Shown: piece after piece, positions 54,418 to 64,000 of the stretch
Numbering within the stretch: position 1 is the stretch's first letter
Layout of the letters: every line of letters begins with the position of its first letter
From: a bacterium
Lineage (GTDB): Bacteria > UBA8248
Direction of reading: 5' to 3'
Assembly (NCBI GenBank): GCA_965213625.1
Contig: CBDBZU010000004.1
Span: forward strand, 128,001 to 192,000
Length of the DNA: 64,000 nucleotides
Position numbers and translations under genes: made by a program
Notes under the pieces: generated by a model
What the model saw: the letters and a program-made list of their open reading frames with translations, nothing else
Database searches by the model: none
What the model was told of the DNA's origin: nothing

Positions 54418-55221
54418 ATGCCTACAGTTAATTCCAAAGGTGTTGCAATTGATTATGAAGTCATCAATCCCCACCATTCCGATACGCCCGTATTCCTGAT
54501 CAGCGGGCTGGGAGGAATTCGCGCATCATGGACGAAGCAAATCGACGCCTTTTCCGCTACCAGGCCCCTCATCCTTCATGACCATAGGGGAACTGGAAAA
54601 AGTGCAAAACCGAGCGGGGTATATAGCGTTCCGAACATGGCGAAAGATATCACCGCCATCATGGATGACCTTCAAATAGAAAAAGCGCATCTCGTTGGCA
54701 GTTCAACAGGGGGCGCCATCATCCAGGTGATGTGTATTGATTATCCCCAACGTGTCAAAAGCGGGTCTATCGTAAGTTCCTGGCCCAGGAGCGACGCATA
54801 TTTCACTCGCCAATTCAGTGTACGAAAAGAAATTTTACTCGATATGGGATGGGAAACATACACTAGATTTTCCACATTCACCTTGCATAGCCCAAAGTTT
54901 TTCACCGACAACTTTCAGGGTATTCAAATGCAGGAAAACCAATCGATCGCCAACGCGCCTCCGGCTGAGATCATGGCCGAGAGAATCGACTGCATTATTG
55001 CGCATGATCAGTTAGACCGCTTGGGTCAAATCACAAGCCCGGTACTGGTGGCCGTTGCAAAAGACGATGTAGTCACTCCGCTGTATTATTCTCATCAATT
55101 ACGTGATGCCATCCCTGGCGCTGAAATAAAAATTTTTGATGAAGGCGGCCATTTCGTATATATCGAGAAACCGGTTGAATTCAATGAGTCTATCCTCGAA
55201 TTCATCCATCGCCATGATTAA
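54418..55221 (+). CDS. Alpha/beta hydrolase (RutD/PcaD-like)
   Basis: SGLGG, DHRGTGKS, GSSTGG nucleophile elbow, D and GGH triad positions. Confidence 0.85.
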   Translation: MPTVNSKGVAIDYEVINPHHSDTPVFLISGLGGIRASWTKQIDAFSATRPLILHDHRGTGKSAKPSGVYSVPNMAKDITAIMDDLQIEKAHLVGSSTGGAIIQVMCIDYPQRVKSGSIVSSWPRSDAYFTRQFSVRKEILLDMGWETYTRFSTFTLHSPKFFTDNFQGIQMQENQSIANAPPAEIMAERIDCIIAHDQLDRLGQITSPVLVAVAKDDVVTPLYYSHQLRDAIPGAEIKIFDEGGHFVYIEKPVEFNESILEFIHRHD

Positions 55222-55269
55222 TCGATATTTTCATCACTCGCCTATCAACCACGAAGGCGAAACCACCTT

Positions 55270-57180
55270 ATGAAACATGTTGTCATCGGAACCGCCGGCC
55301 ATATCGATCATGGCAAAACCTCTCTCGTCAAGGCATTGACCGGCACAGATACCGATCGCCTTAAAGAGGAAAAAGAACGAGGCATCACCATTGAGCTCGG
55401 GTTCGCCGAGTTGATTCTCGATAACATCCATGCAGGAATCGTGGACGTTCCTGGCCATGAGCGATTCGTTAAAAACATGCTGGCGGGAGTCGGGGGCATC
55501 GATTTGGTTATGCTGATTGTTGCCGCCGATGAAGGCATCATGCCGCAAACGAGAGAGCATTTGTCGATATGCCGACTTCTCGGCATAAAAACCGGTGTAA
55601 TCGTGCTCACGAAAGCAGATCTGGTCGAACCGGAATGGGTCGAACTAGTTACTGATGATATTCAGGATTTCGTGAAAGGTTCTTTTCTGGAAGAAAAACC
55701 CATTGTGCCAGTTTCGGCTCACACCGGGGATGGTCTGGATAATCTCAAAATTACATTAAGCGAAATCGCTAATCAGGCTCCTTCAAAAAGCGAAACAGGT
55801 ATCTTCCGAATACCGATTGACCGCGTCTTCACGATGCGAGGTTTCGGAGTCGTGATTACAGGTACCCTGTTCAGTGGGAACGTGGCTGTAGGCGAGCAGG
55901 TTGAAATTTTTCCCAAAGCCCTTCAGGCGCGCGTTCGTGGCTTGCAAGTTCATGGGGAGTCTGTGGAAAAATCGACTGCCGGACTCAGAACCGCCGTAAA
56001 TCTCCAGGGCCTCGAGCGCGCCGAAGTGTTCAGAGGAGACATCATCGGTCATCGTGGTGAACTGAAGACAACTTATATGCTCGACGTTCATCTGGAACAC
56101 CTCGCCGACGCGCCCCGCCCGCTGAAAACCCGCAACCGGATCCGGTTCCATGCCGGGACCGCCGAAATCATGGGCAGGATCTCACTCATCGGAAGAGATG
56201 TACTTGAGCCGGGAGAGAGCTCATTTGCCCAAATACGGCTGGAGGAACCTATCGTCGTACTGCCCAGAGATAGATTCGTCATCCGGAGTTATTCGCCAAT
56301 CATCACGATAGGTGGTGGGGAAATCCTGGATATCATGCCTCGCAAGCATAGGCGATTGCGGAGTGCATCCCTGGAGCACCTGAAATCACTTCATCAAGGG
56401 AATGAGACGGAAAGACTACTCATATTGCTCCAGGATTCACGGTTGAGCGGAGTTGAACTCGCTGACCTCACAGGCCGCCTCACATTAAAGCCGAGTGACA
56501 TTCAGAAAACCATTCAGGAATTATCGTCCCAAGGAAAAGTGCAAATTATCGACCAAACCAATTTCTTCTCCATGACTACAGCGCATTTCAACACCGCCCA
56601 GAAAAATATTCTCTCATTTTTGGGTGATTATCACGATGAGAATCCACTTCGCACAGGGGCGCCGAGGGAAGAAGTTCGAGGCAAGGCAGGCGAAATCAAT
56701 GAAAAAATCTTTGCAGCCGCACTCAAAAATTTAAGCGAATCAAACGATATCATTGAAAATGGCGCCATATTAAGACTCGCCTCCCATTCAGTAGAAATTG
56801 ATGAAACGCTAGGAGAAGTGAAAACGAAACTGGAATCGGTTTTCATGAGTTCCCACTTTCAACCACCATCCATCGAAGACGCATTCTCACAAAGCCGCGG
56901 CAAAGGCAACGCAAATCGAAATGCTCTGCAAATCCTCATCGACGAAGGTGCTTTACTGCGACTGAAGGACAACATTATCTATCATCGACAAGCTTTGAGC
57001 GAAGCAGAAAACCTTCTGAAAGAGCATCTATCGCACAACAACGAAATTACGGCTGCGGAATTCCGAGATCTGCTGGGCATTACACGAAAACACGCCATCC
57101 CTTTGCTTGAATATTTTGATACTGCGCGAATTACGCTAAGGGTGGGAGACAAAAGAGTGCTTCGACCAGACGCAAGATAA
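55270..57180 (+). CDS. selB: Selenocysteine-specific elongation factor
   Basis: [33 protein letters not shown]-terminal w[29 protein letters not shown]. Confidence 0.97.
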   Translation: MKHVVIGTAGHIDHGKTSLVKALTGTDTDRLKEEKERGITIELGFAELILDNIHAGIVDVPGHERFVKNMLAGVGGIDLVMLIVAADEGIMPQTREHLSICRLLGIKTGVIVLTKADLVEPEWVELVTDDIQDFVKGSFLEEKPIVPVSAHTGDGLDNLKITLSEIANQAPSKSETGIFRIPIDRVFTMRGFGVVITGTLFSGNVAVGEQVEIFPKALQARVRGLQVHGESVEKSTAGLRTAVNLQGLERAEVFRGDIIGHRGELKTTYMLDVHLEHLADAPRPLKTRNRIRFHAGTAEIMGRISLIGRDVLEPGESSFAQIRLEEPIVVLPRDRFVIRSYSPIITIGGGEILDIMPRKHRRLRSASLEHLKSLHQGNETERLLILLQDSRLSGVELADLTGRLTLKPSDIQKTIQELSSQGKVQIIDQTNFFSMTTAHFNTAQKNILSFLGDYHDENPLRTGAPREEVRGKAGEINEKIFAAALKNLSESNDIIENGAILRLASHSVEIDETLGEVKTKLESVFMSSHFQPPSIEDAFSQSRGKGNANRNALQILIDEGALLRLKDNIIYHRQALSEAENLLKEHLSHNNEITAAEFRDLLGITRKHAIPLLEYFDTARITLRVGDKRVLRPDAR

Positions 57181-57203
57181 AATCCCTCTAAAAGGAATGA
57201 AAA

Positions 57204-58385
57204 ATGCCTCTCGATATTAATAAAATCCAACGTTTGCGTTCAGATGTCCCGGCTCTGAAAAATCAAGTTTACGTAAATTGGGGTGGCGGGGGACCATCGT
57301 CGAAATCGATTATTCGTGAAATGGACAAGTTCACAAAGCGCGATATGGAACTCGGCTCGTTTCACCCGACAGTCAGGAATGAAACCACCAAGGCCTTAAA
57401 ACGCACTCGAGAGAGTTGCGCAAAACTCATCGGCGCAGATGCTTCGGAAATTGCCCTGACCAATAATACGACTGTCGGAATCAACATCGCCGCCGCCGGA
57501 TTAACCTGGGATGCAGGAGACGAGGTGATTGTCTCGGATCTGGAACATCCAGGCGGCTACCTTCCTTGGTTGGTATGGCGGAAGAGAATTCCCATCAAGG
57601 TGAAATTAATCAAGACTGGTCATAATGATGAGCAACTCCTCAAAAACTTAGAAAAAGCTGTCACGTCAAAAACAAGGGTTGTTTGCGTGAGTCATATTAC
57701 GTGGCTCAATGGCAGGAGGCTTCCCCTTGAAGCAATCGGCCAAATTTGCATCTCCGCAGGCGCCCTCCTCATCGTAGATGGCGCCCAGTCCGTAGGACAT
57801 ATACCGGTCAAAATAAAAGACACCGGCGTAGATGTATACACCATATCAGGCCAGAAATGGCTGATGGGTCCGGATGGCACAGGCGCCGTGTATATTAGGA
57901 GTGGAGCAGGCAAAAAGATTCAGCTTTCAGCTGCAAGTTTTCGCTCAGCACAAAAAAAGAGTTTAAAATCCCTTTCTTTTTCCCCTGAGCCGAGCGCGAT
58001 GCGCTATGAAGTCGGAACTCTCAATACAACCGGGTTCATTGGATTCCGGGCTGCGGTCGAACATTTCAGGAGAACAGGACCCGTATCCATCGAAAAAAGA
58101 ATTCTGGCGCAGGCGAATCGCCTCCTGTCTCAAATACGTCCAATCAAGAATGTTGAAGTCATTACGCCTGAAGGAGAGGCTCAGTCTGGTCTGGTTTCTT
58201 TTCGGATTAAGAACGTCGAATCTCAAAACGTGGTGAACAGGCTCTACAGGAAATACCAAATCATCCTCAGGGCGGTGGTCACGGAGCCTCCCGCCGTCAG
58301 AGTCTCCATTCATTATTTGAACACGGAACAAGAAATGGACTCGATAGCAAATGCGATAGACGCAATCGCGGCCGGCAGAAAATAG
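57204..58385 (+). CDS. Class V PLP-dependent enzyme (C-S/C-Se lyase or epimerase type)
   Basis: NTT.GIN, DLEHP, SHI.W..G, DGAQSVG, SGQKWLMGP (PLP Lys), RYEVGT, VRVS.H; no SufS/IscS catalytic Cys loop visible. Confidence 0.85.
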   Translation: MPLDINKIQRLRSDVPALKNQVYVNWGGGGPSSKSIIREMDKFTKRDMELGSFHPTVRNETTKALKRTRESCAKLIGADASEIALTNNTTVGINIAAAGLTWDAGDEVIVSDLEHPGGYLPWLVWRKRIPIKVKLIKTGHNDEQLLKNLEKAVTSKTRVVCVSHITWLNGRRLPLEAIGQICISAGALLIVDGAQSVGHIPVKIKDTGVDVYTISGQKWLMGPDGTGAVYIRSGAGKKIQLSAASFRSAQKKSLKSLSFSPEPSAMRYEVGTLNTTGFIGFRAAVEHFRRTGPVSIEKRILAQANRLLSQIRPIKNVEVITPEGEAQSGLVSFRIKNVESQNVVNRLYRKYQIILRAVVTEPPAVRVSIHYLNTEQEMDSIANAIDAIAAGRK

Positions 58386-58411
58386 GGACAAATAGCTCAA
58401 ATTCCAAACAC

Positions 58412-58445
58412 AAAAAAAGCGGCGGTTCTTTCACCGCCGCTTTTT
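58412..58445. terminator. Bidirectional intrinsic terminator
   Basis: AAAAAAA-GCGGCGGT-loop-ACCGCCGC-TTTTT between convergent genes. Confidence 0.8.
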
Positions 58446-58461
58446 CTCGTTTCGTTCGAAA

Positions 58462-59202
58462 TTATTTTTTCAGCGTTACGTTCACCGCCGTGGCGGCGCC
58501 GCCCTTCACCGACACATTCATGGATTTCTTGCCCAAAACCTCGTGCCAAATCTCGAGGGTGTAAGAGCCTGCGGGAACATCCTTTATCTCGAATTTGCCC
58601 CCGGCGCCCGTGATGCCGACATAGGGGTTATCCGCCACAACGATGTAGCCCTTCATCCAATCATGAACGTCACAGGTCACTTTCAGGATGCCGGGCTTCT
58701 TGAAGTAGCGGGTCGACATTCTCAGTTTTTTCTTGAACTTGGGCTGCGCGATATTCGCTACCGAGTTGCCCGTCTTGCCAGGATGGGTATGGACGTTGTG
58801 GAGAATCTTGTCGCTGTTTTTCATCAGCAGCTTCGACTTTTGCTTCATCACGACCACTCGAGGCAGGTAGACACATCCCTTCTGGTCAACCACGGCTTTT
58901 TTCTGGCTTTTCGACCACTTCTTGCCGGATTTCACGCCTTTCAAAGAGACGACGGCCCAGACCACGCCGCCGTCTTTCACGACCAGGCTCTCGTCCTTAA
59001 TCGGTTTTTTCGCGCAAACCTTTTTATCTTTATTCACGGATAATGTTTTGGATTTCGGGGCCGCGCCGTCGAACTTGATTGCTCCGGTAATCGAACCTCC
59101 ACCGCTTACCTTCCCTTCCTTGTAAGCGTCCGCGGAGCCAGCTAATGCGATGCTCAACATCACCGCAAACATCCAGCACAATTGAAAACGTTTGGGAACC
59201 AT
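58462..59202 (-). CDS. Secreted cupredoxin-like / carboxypeptidase-regulatory-like domain protein
   Basis: Signal peptide (..AGSADA), DQKGC.Y.P, HNVH and CDVHDWM (His/Cys/His/Met ligand set), WHE.LG. Confidence 0.72.
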   Translation of the reverse strand: MVPKRFQLCWMFAVMLSIALAGSADAYKEGKVSGGGSITGAIKFDGAAPKSKTLSVNKDKKVCAKKPIKDESLVVKDGGVVWAVVSLKGVKSGKKWSKSQKKAVVDQKGCVYLPRVVVMKQKSKLLMKNSDKILHNVHTHPGKTGNSVANIAQPKFKKKLRMSTRYFKKPGILKVTCDVHDWMKGYIVVADNPYVGITGAGGKFEIKDVPAGSYTLEIWHEVLGKKSMNVSVKGGAATAVNVTLKK

Positions 59203-59618
59203 GCCTACTCCTCTCAAATAATTTTTCAGGTTGTCAGCAACTGTTTGTAAAAAAAAGCGTGCACGCATTCATTCGTACACGAAATATCGGTGATTTCAGA
59301 TGCAGGACCTCTTAAAATGACTTCTAATCAAATCGGAACCGCAAAGAATTCACACCTGCTCCATTCAAGTAATCCACCTTTCACTTTAAGTCAACCCTCT
59401 TGTTGATTGACTCGGAAATTCGCCTGCATTCATTACGCAAACAAGCTGAATACCGCATGAAAGAAAGCGTAGGTCCCGCCGTCAGAAGAGGCAAATCCAT
59501 CTCGCTAGCGCAAGCGACCCCACTGCCGCGATGTTTGCAACATGGCGTACTCTGGGGTATCTCTCTAAAGCCTGAAGCCGACTTATGGCCGATATGATTG
59601 ATTCTCCGGGAGTAAACT

Positions 59619-60467
59619 GTGAATCCGAACCTAAAAGACGCCAAAATGCCCGAAACGCTCGATGGATGGGCGATTCTGCACCAAATCTTCAGGGTGAACT
59701 GGCCCGCCTGGAACCGGCTGGAGAGCGCCCGGCGGCACCGCATCCTGGATGAAGCGACGGAATTCTTCGCCTCCATCGCCCGTCCCGAATCCGGCGAGAG
59801 CGCGCTTTTCAGCTTGCTTGGCCACAAGGGCGATCTGCTGTTCCTGCATTTCAGGCCCACGCTCGATGCGCTGGGTGAAGTCGAACTGGGGCTGCGGCGG
59901 CTGGCGCTTGCGGAATATATGGACGAGGCCACGTCCTACCTCTCGTTCCTGGAACTCGGCCTCTACGAAATGACCGTAAAGCTCCACGCCCGGTTCGTGG
60001 ATGAGGGTCTCGAGCCGGGAAGCGACGAGTGGAAGTCGAAATGGGCCGAAGAGATGGAAAACCAGCGCGAGCGCATGAAAGAGCGCCTCTACATGGATAT
60101 ACCGAAGACGAGGTATCTGTGCTTCTACCCGATGAACAAGCGCAGGGGCGAGGAGAAGAACTGGTACGGCCTGCCCATCGAGGAGCGCCAGCAAATGATG
60201 CGCGAGCACGGCTTCGTCGGCAGACGTTACGCCGGCCGCGTACAGCAAATCATCACGGGCAGCATCGGTTTTGACGACTGGGAGTGGGGCGTGTACCTGT
60301 TCTCTGAGGATCCGCTCGTATTCAAGCGCCTCGTATACGAAATGCGCTTCGATGAGGCCAGCGTCTGGTATGGAGAGTTCGGCCCGTTCTACGCCGGCCT
60401 GCGCATCATGCCGCATCACCTGAAAAGCATATTCTCAGGCTCGGTTCCCTCCCTCGAAGCGCCGTAA
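59619..60467 (+). CDS. chdC: Coproheme decarboxylase (chlorite dismutase superfamily)
   Basis: PETLDGW..LH, GHKGDL, FYPMNKRR..NWY.LP..ER..MM.EHG..GR.YAG, GSIGFDDWEWGV, YEMRFDEAS. Confidence 0.85.
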   Translation: MNPNLKDAKMPETLDGWAILHQIFRVNWPAWNRLESARRHRILDEATEFFASIARPESGESALFSLLGHKGDLLFLHFRPTLDALGEVELGLRRLALAEYMDEATSYLSFLELGLYEMTVKLHARFVDEGLEPGSDEWKSKWAEEMENQRERMKERLYMDIPKTRYLCFYPMNKRRGEEKNWYGLPIEERQQMMREHGFVGRRYAGRVQQIITGSIGFDDWEWGVYLFSEDPLVFKRLVYEMRFDEASVWYGEFGPFYAGLRIMPHHLKSIFSGSVPSLEAP

Positions 60468-60496
60468 GTCATACGATTTCAAAGAATAAGACCTTC

Positions 60497-61357
60497 ATGG
60501 CGAATGTTCTCATCGTGGGTTGCGGCTATGTCGGCGCTGCGCTCGGAGCGGTGCTCGCTGGTGAGGGCCATCTCGTCTGGGGCATGCGCCGAAACCCCGA
60601 TAAGCTGCCCGAATCCATCAAGCCGCTGAGCGCGGACGTTCACGACAAGAACCTGGGTGGCCTGCTCCCCGAAGGCCTCGATTTCATCTTCTACACCCTC
60701 TCCTCGGGCGGCGGCGGCGAGGCGGGCTACCGGGCGGCGTATGCGGACGGCCCGAAAAACCTGCTCGAAGCGATTGAAATGAAAGGGGAAAGACCCAGAC
60801 GAATCTTCTTCACTTCGAGCACGGCCGTATACGCGCAAACAGACGGCAGCCGGGTGGATGAGGAATCGCCCACGCAGCCGACCCATTACGCGGGCCGCAT
60901 CCTGCTCGAAGGCGAGCGTACCCTGCTGGAGAGCGGCTACCCCGCCACAATCCTTCGACTTTCAGGCATTTACGGTCCCGGCCGCACACGCCTGATAGAC
61001 TCCGTCCGGGCGGGTCGGGCCGAAGTCCATGAGGGCCTGCCTCGCTACACGAACCGCATCCACCGCGACGATTGCGCGGGCGCGCTGGCCCACCTCATGA
61101 AGCTGGACGCGCCGGATGCGATATACGTCGGCGTCGACGATGCGCCCACCGATCGGCGTAAAGTGTTGATTTGGCTGGCCGAACGGCTCGGCGTCCCGCA
61201 TCCGCGCGAAGCCGGGGGCGGCGAAGCCCCCTCCGCGCGCGCGGCGACGAACAAGAGATGCTCGAACGCCAGGCTCGAATCCAGCGGCTACCGCTTTCTT
61301 TATCCGTCTTACCGGGAGGGCTACGCCGAGATGATCGAAGACTTGAAAACAACGTAA
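60497..61357 (+). CDS. Atypical SDR / NAD-dependent epimerase (YeeZ-like)
   Basis: GCGYVG, TSSTAVY, RLSGIYGPGR, NRIHRDD, F.YPSYREG. Confidence 0.88.
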   Translation: MANVLIVGCGYVGAALGAVLAGEGHLVWGMRRNPDKLPESIKPLSADVHDKNLGGLLPEGLDFIFYTLSSGGGGEAGYRAAYADGPKNLLEAIEMKGERPRRIFFTSSTAVYAQTDGSRVDEESPTQPTHYAGRILLEGERTLLESGYPATILRLSGIYGPGRTRLIDSVRAGRAEVHEGLPRYTNRIHRDDCAGALAHLMKLDAPDAIYVGVDDAPTDRRKVLIWLAERLGVPHPREAGGGEAPSARAATNKRCSNARLESSGYRFLYPSYREGYAEMIEDLKTT

Positions 61358-61369
61358 CTATCTGATGAA

Positions 61370-62065
61370 TCAATCATTTAGAAGGACTCTCAAATCCTTC
61401 CTCAGCTTCTCGAGAGATTCCGCGTCGTTGCTGTGGTAATAGCCCCGGATGGTGAAGTTCCTGTCGATGAGCACGAAACGCGAGCTGTGGGAGATCAGGA
61501 TTCCCGGCGTCTTCCCGCCCTCTTCATGCCCGGGATGATGCGCGTGCGCGCTGGGGAGCAGAAGCCGGAAAGCCCGCTCACCGATGGAGCCGGAGGGGAG
61601 CGCGGCTTGCTTGGTCGCATAACTCAGGCGAAAGCCCTTCAGCGCTAACTCTTTGATTTCTTTCTCTTTACCCGTCAGAAAAAACCACCGCGCCCTGTCC
61701 GCGCCGAACTTGCGCGCATAGGCCGAAAGGAGCGCCGCCTTATCGTGCGCAGGGTCGGTGGTGATGGAGATCTGCCGGAAATCCTGATGCCCCGAAAACG
61801 CCCGCTGGAGCCGCCGCATCTCGCTCGTCTGGAGCGGGCAGGTATCCTCACAGCGCGTATAGATGAAGTCCGCCACCCAGACCTTACCGCTTAAGCGCTC
61901 TCTCGCGAACTCGCGGCCCGATGCGTCAACCAGCGCAAAATCAGGTAGTTGCGAGTAGACGGGCAGGCTCTCGAAGAAGCTTCTCTCGAGCCAGCGCCAG
62001 CCGGGCGCGCCCGCCAGGCCGACGAGAACGCCCAGGGTCAACACCAGAATCATGCGCCGCGCCAT
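61370..62065 (-). CDS. SCO family copper chaperone
   Basis: N-terminal TM, DFIYTRCEDTCP (CxxxC), DPAHD, W.FLTG, HSSRFVLID..IRGYY; His-rich insert. Confidence 0.88.
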   Translation of the reverse strand: MARRMILVLTLGVLVGLAGAPGWRWLERSFFESLPVYSQLPDFALVDASGREFARERLSGKVWVADFIYTRCEDTCPLQTSEMRRLQRAFSGHQDFRQISITTDPAHDKAALLSAYARKFGADRARWFFLTGKEKEIKELALKGFRLSYATKQAALPSGSIGERAFRLLLPSAHAHHPGHEEGGKTPGILISHSSRFVLIDRNFTIRGYYHSNDAESLEKLRKDLRVLLND

Positions 62066-62489
62066 GCTCGCCTCTCCCAGGAAATTCACACGAAACCAAC
62101 CGCGCGCATTCTGGCAAATCGCGCGCGTCGGTGCAAAGCCTGCGGGGCGTAATTCCCCGCATTTGCCGTCATGGCGGAACTGGCGGCCCGTGGCAGAATT
62201 CCCCTGCGCTGCGACCCGTCGGCGTCATTTCCCCTGAAAACAATTTATATTTATTTACCAAAAGACACGTTCATGATTTCATCCCGTGGACAATCGTACT
62301 ACCGTATACCCTGAAGTACGATAAACTTCTGTATTAAAATCATTAATTGATACATTTTCTTTTTCGCCTCTCCTTGCATTTACGACATGCTTACGCTTTA
62401 ATAGCCTCACGTTTGATGCTGGACGTATGCGATTTGATTACGGATTTCCCATATCCTCCGGCCTGCAACACGATTTTCAGGGAGCGCCC

Positions 62490-63665
62490 ATGCCCAGAAG
62501 AAGCGAGATCAAGCTTACCAAACGCGTGGTCGACGCGTTATCTGTCGAGAAGAACGACGCCGCCTTCTGGGACCGGGAGCTGGCCGGCTTCGGGGTGCGG
62601 GTCTACGCCACGGGCCGGAAGGTCTACGTGGTGCAGTCGAGAGGGCCGTGGGGTCCCAAACGAGTGACGCTTGGACGCCACGGCGAGATGTCTTGTGAGG
62701 AGGCGAGGAAGCAAGCCGCACTCGTCATCGACCGCATCAAGCGGGGCGAGGAGCCCGAGCCCAAGCCGCCTGAGGCCGCGCCCACGGTGGCCGGTCTGGC
62801 CGAACGCTTCATGCGCGACCACGCCGAAACACACTGCAAGCCCGACACCGCGAGGTCGTACCGCTCCCTGATCGAGAACCACGTCGAACCGGCGCTTGGC
62901 GGGATGGCGGTGGCCCAAGTCGGCCGGGCAGAGGTCGCCGCGCTCCATCACGGTCTCCGCGATACGCCCGCCGTGGCCAACGCGGCGGTGGGACTGCTCT
63001 CTAAAATGTTCAAGATGGCTGAGGCGTGGGGCCTGCTTCCTGCCGGAAACAACCCGTGCCGGGGGCTTCTCCGCTACCGGACGCGGAAGCGGGAGCGGTT
63101 CCTGACGCAGGATGAGTTCCGCCGCCTCGGACGTGCGCTCAGAGAGTTCGAGGCGGAGGGAAGGACGTGGGCGGCCGCGGTGGCGGCGATCAGGCTCCTG
63201 GCGCTTACCGGGTGCAGGCGGAGCGAGATACTGGACTTGCACTGGGACGACGTGGACCGCACGGCGGGGGAGCTCAGGCTTAAGGAAGCCAAGGCGGGCC
63301 CGCGCATGGTTCCGCTGACGGCGCCCGCGCTCAAGGTGCTGGAGGGGATCCCCCGCTCGCCGGAGGACCCCTGGGTGATCTCTTCGAAGTACGGGAGGGG
63401 CCGCCTGGGGAACCTCTCCTACTACTGGGGGTCCGTGAGGGAGCGGGCGGGGCTGGACGACGTTCGAATCCATGACCTGAGACATAGTTACGCCTCGCGG
63501 GCGCTCGCGCTGGGCGAAAGTCTGTCTGCGATCGGCCGGCTGCTCGGCCACCGTCACGTGGTGAGCACGGCGCGCTACGCGCACCTGATGCGCGATGCCG
63601 AGAAGGCGGCGGCCGCCCGTGTGGGGGAGAGCATCGGCGTCCACGTCAAGAGCCGGGGGAGGTAG
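62490..63665 (+). CDS. Tyrosine recombinase/integrase with arm-DNA-binding N-domain
   Basis: FWD.ELAGFGVRV..TG.K (arm-binding), TGCRRSEI (R), HDLRHSYAS (HxxR), LLGH, TARYAH (Y); catalytic set intact. Confidence 0.93.
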   Translation: MPRRSEIKLTKRVVDALSVEKNDAAFWDRELAGFGVRVYATGRKVYVVQSRGPWGPKRVTLGRHGEMSCEEARKQAALVIDRIKRGEEPEPKPPEAAPTVAGLAERFMRDHAETHCKPDTARSYRSLIENHVEPALGGMAVAQVGRAEVAALHHGLRDTPAVANAAVGLLSKMFKMAEAWGLLPAGNNPCRGLLRYRTRKRERFLTQDEFRRLGRALREFEAEGRTWAAAVAAIRLLALTGCRRSEILDLHWDDVDRTAGELRLKEAKAGPRMVPLTAPALKVLEGIPRSPEDPWVISSKYGRGRLGNLSYYWGSVRERAGLDDVRIHDLRHSYASRALALGESLSAIGRLLGHRHVVSTARYAHLMRDAEKAAAARVGESIGVHVKSRGR

Positions 63666-63675
63666 AGTGGAAACG

Positions 63676-64000
63676 ATGCAGCCCAAAATTAAAACGCTCT
63701 CGAACCGCGCAGTCGCGAAACTCACGGTCGAGAAAGACACTGTCTTCTGGGATCGTGATCTCACCGGCTTCGGGGTGCGGGTGTATCCCACGGGCGGCAA
63801 GGTCTACGTCGCCCAGGCGCGGGGACCGGGAGGACCCAGGCGCGTTACGGTGGGCCGCTACGGGGTCATCCATGCCGATGAGGCCAGGAAGCGCGCCGCC
63901 CACATCATCGCGCGCATCAAGGCGGGCGAGGAGGCGGTTCCCGAACCGATCAAGCCCGCCTGCGGTCCCACGGTGGCCGAGCTCGCCAAGCGCTATCTCG
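63676..64000 (+). CDS. Second tandem tyrosine integrase paralog (runs off window end)
   Basis: Manual translation MQPKIKTLSNRAVAKLTVEKDTVFWDRDLTGFGVRVYPTGGKVYVAQARGPGGPRRVTVGRYG..PTVAELAKRYL, clearly paralogous to 62490..63665; starts 10 nt after its stop. Confidence 0.9.
   Translation, partial: MQPKIKTLSNRAVAKLTVEKDTVFWDRDLTGFGVRVYPTGGKVYVAQARGPGGPRRVTVGRYGVIHADEARKRAAHIIARIKAGEEAVPEPIKPACGPTVAELAKRYL

Overview
A 64 kb stretch of a GC-rich bacterial chromosome. Gene content suggests an uncultured heterotroph; I cannot assign taxonomy from the sequence. From 1 to 30 kb it holds acyl-CoA catabolic genes (split B12-dependent acyl-CoA mutase, family III CoA-transferase, crotonase, acyl-CoA dehydrogenase), nfuA, an orphan GntR-controlled catabolic cluster (DddP/ectoine-hydrolase-like M24 enzyme, DRE-TIM enzyme, maleate-isomerase-like protein, hydrolase, ADH, two bicupins), a seven-gene sugar-modification operon (AmgK-like, two GNATs, MshA-like GT4, PIG-L deacetylase, NagZ), ychF and DUF3604. 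From 31 to 50 kb there is an accessory zone. Two integrase-free defence-like islets (DUF262+HEPN; PHP-ATPase+Schlafen/AlbA_2) each lie directly behind a host gene (an MFS transporter; arfB), and the last ~65 bp of that gene recur as a diverged copy at the far end of the islet. This zone also has orphan antitoxins and fused gene remnants (Fic/DctM). From 50 to 64 kb lie a DUF35 protein with a histone-H1-like tail, an atypical selA-hydrolase-selB-PLP lyase cluster, chdC, SCO and two tandem tyrosine integrases, whose upstream DNA shares motifs with an att-like repeat region at 50 kb. Intergenic spaces are repeatedly filled with nested MITE/REP elements. I found no rRNA, tRNA or CRISPR array. Family assignments come from motifs recognised by eye, not from database searches.
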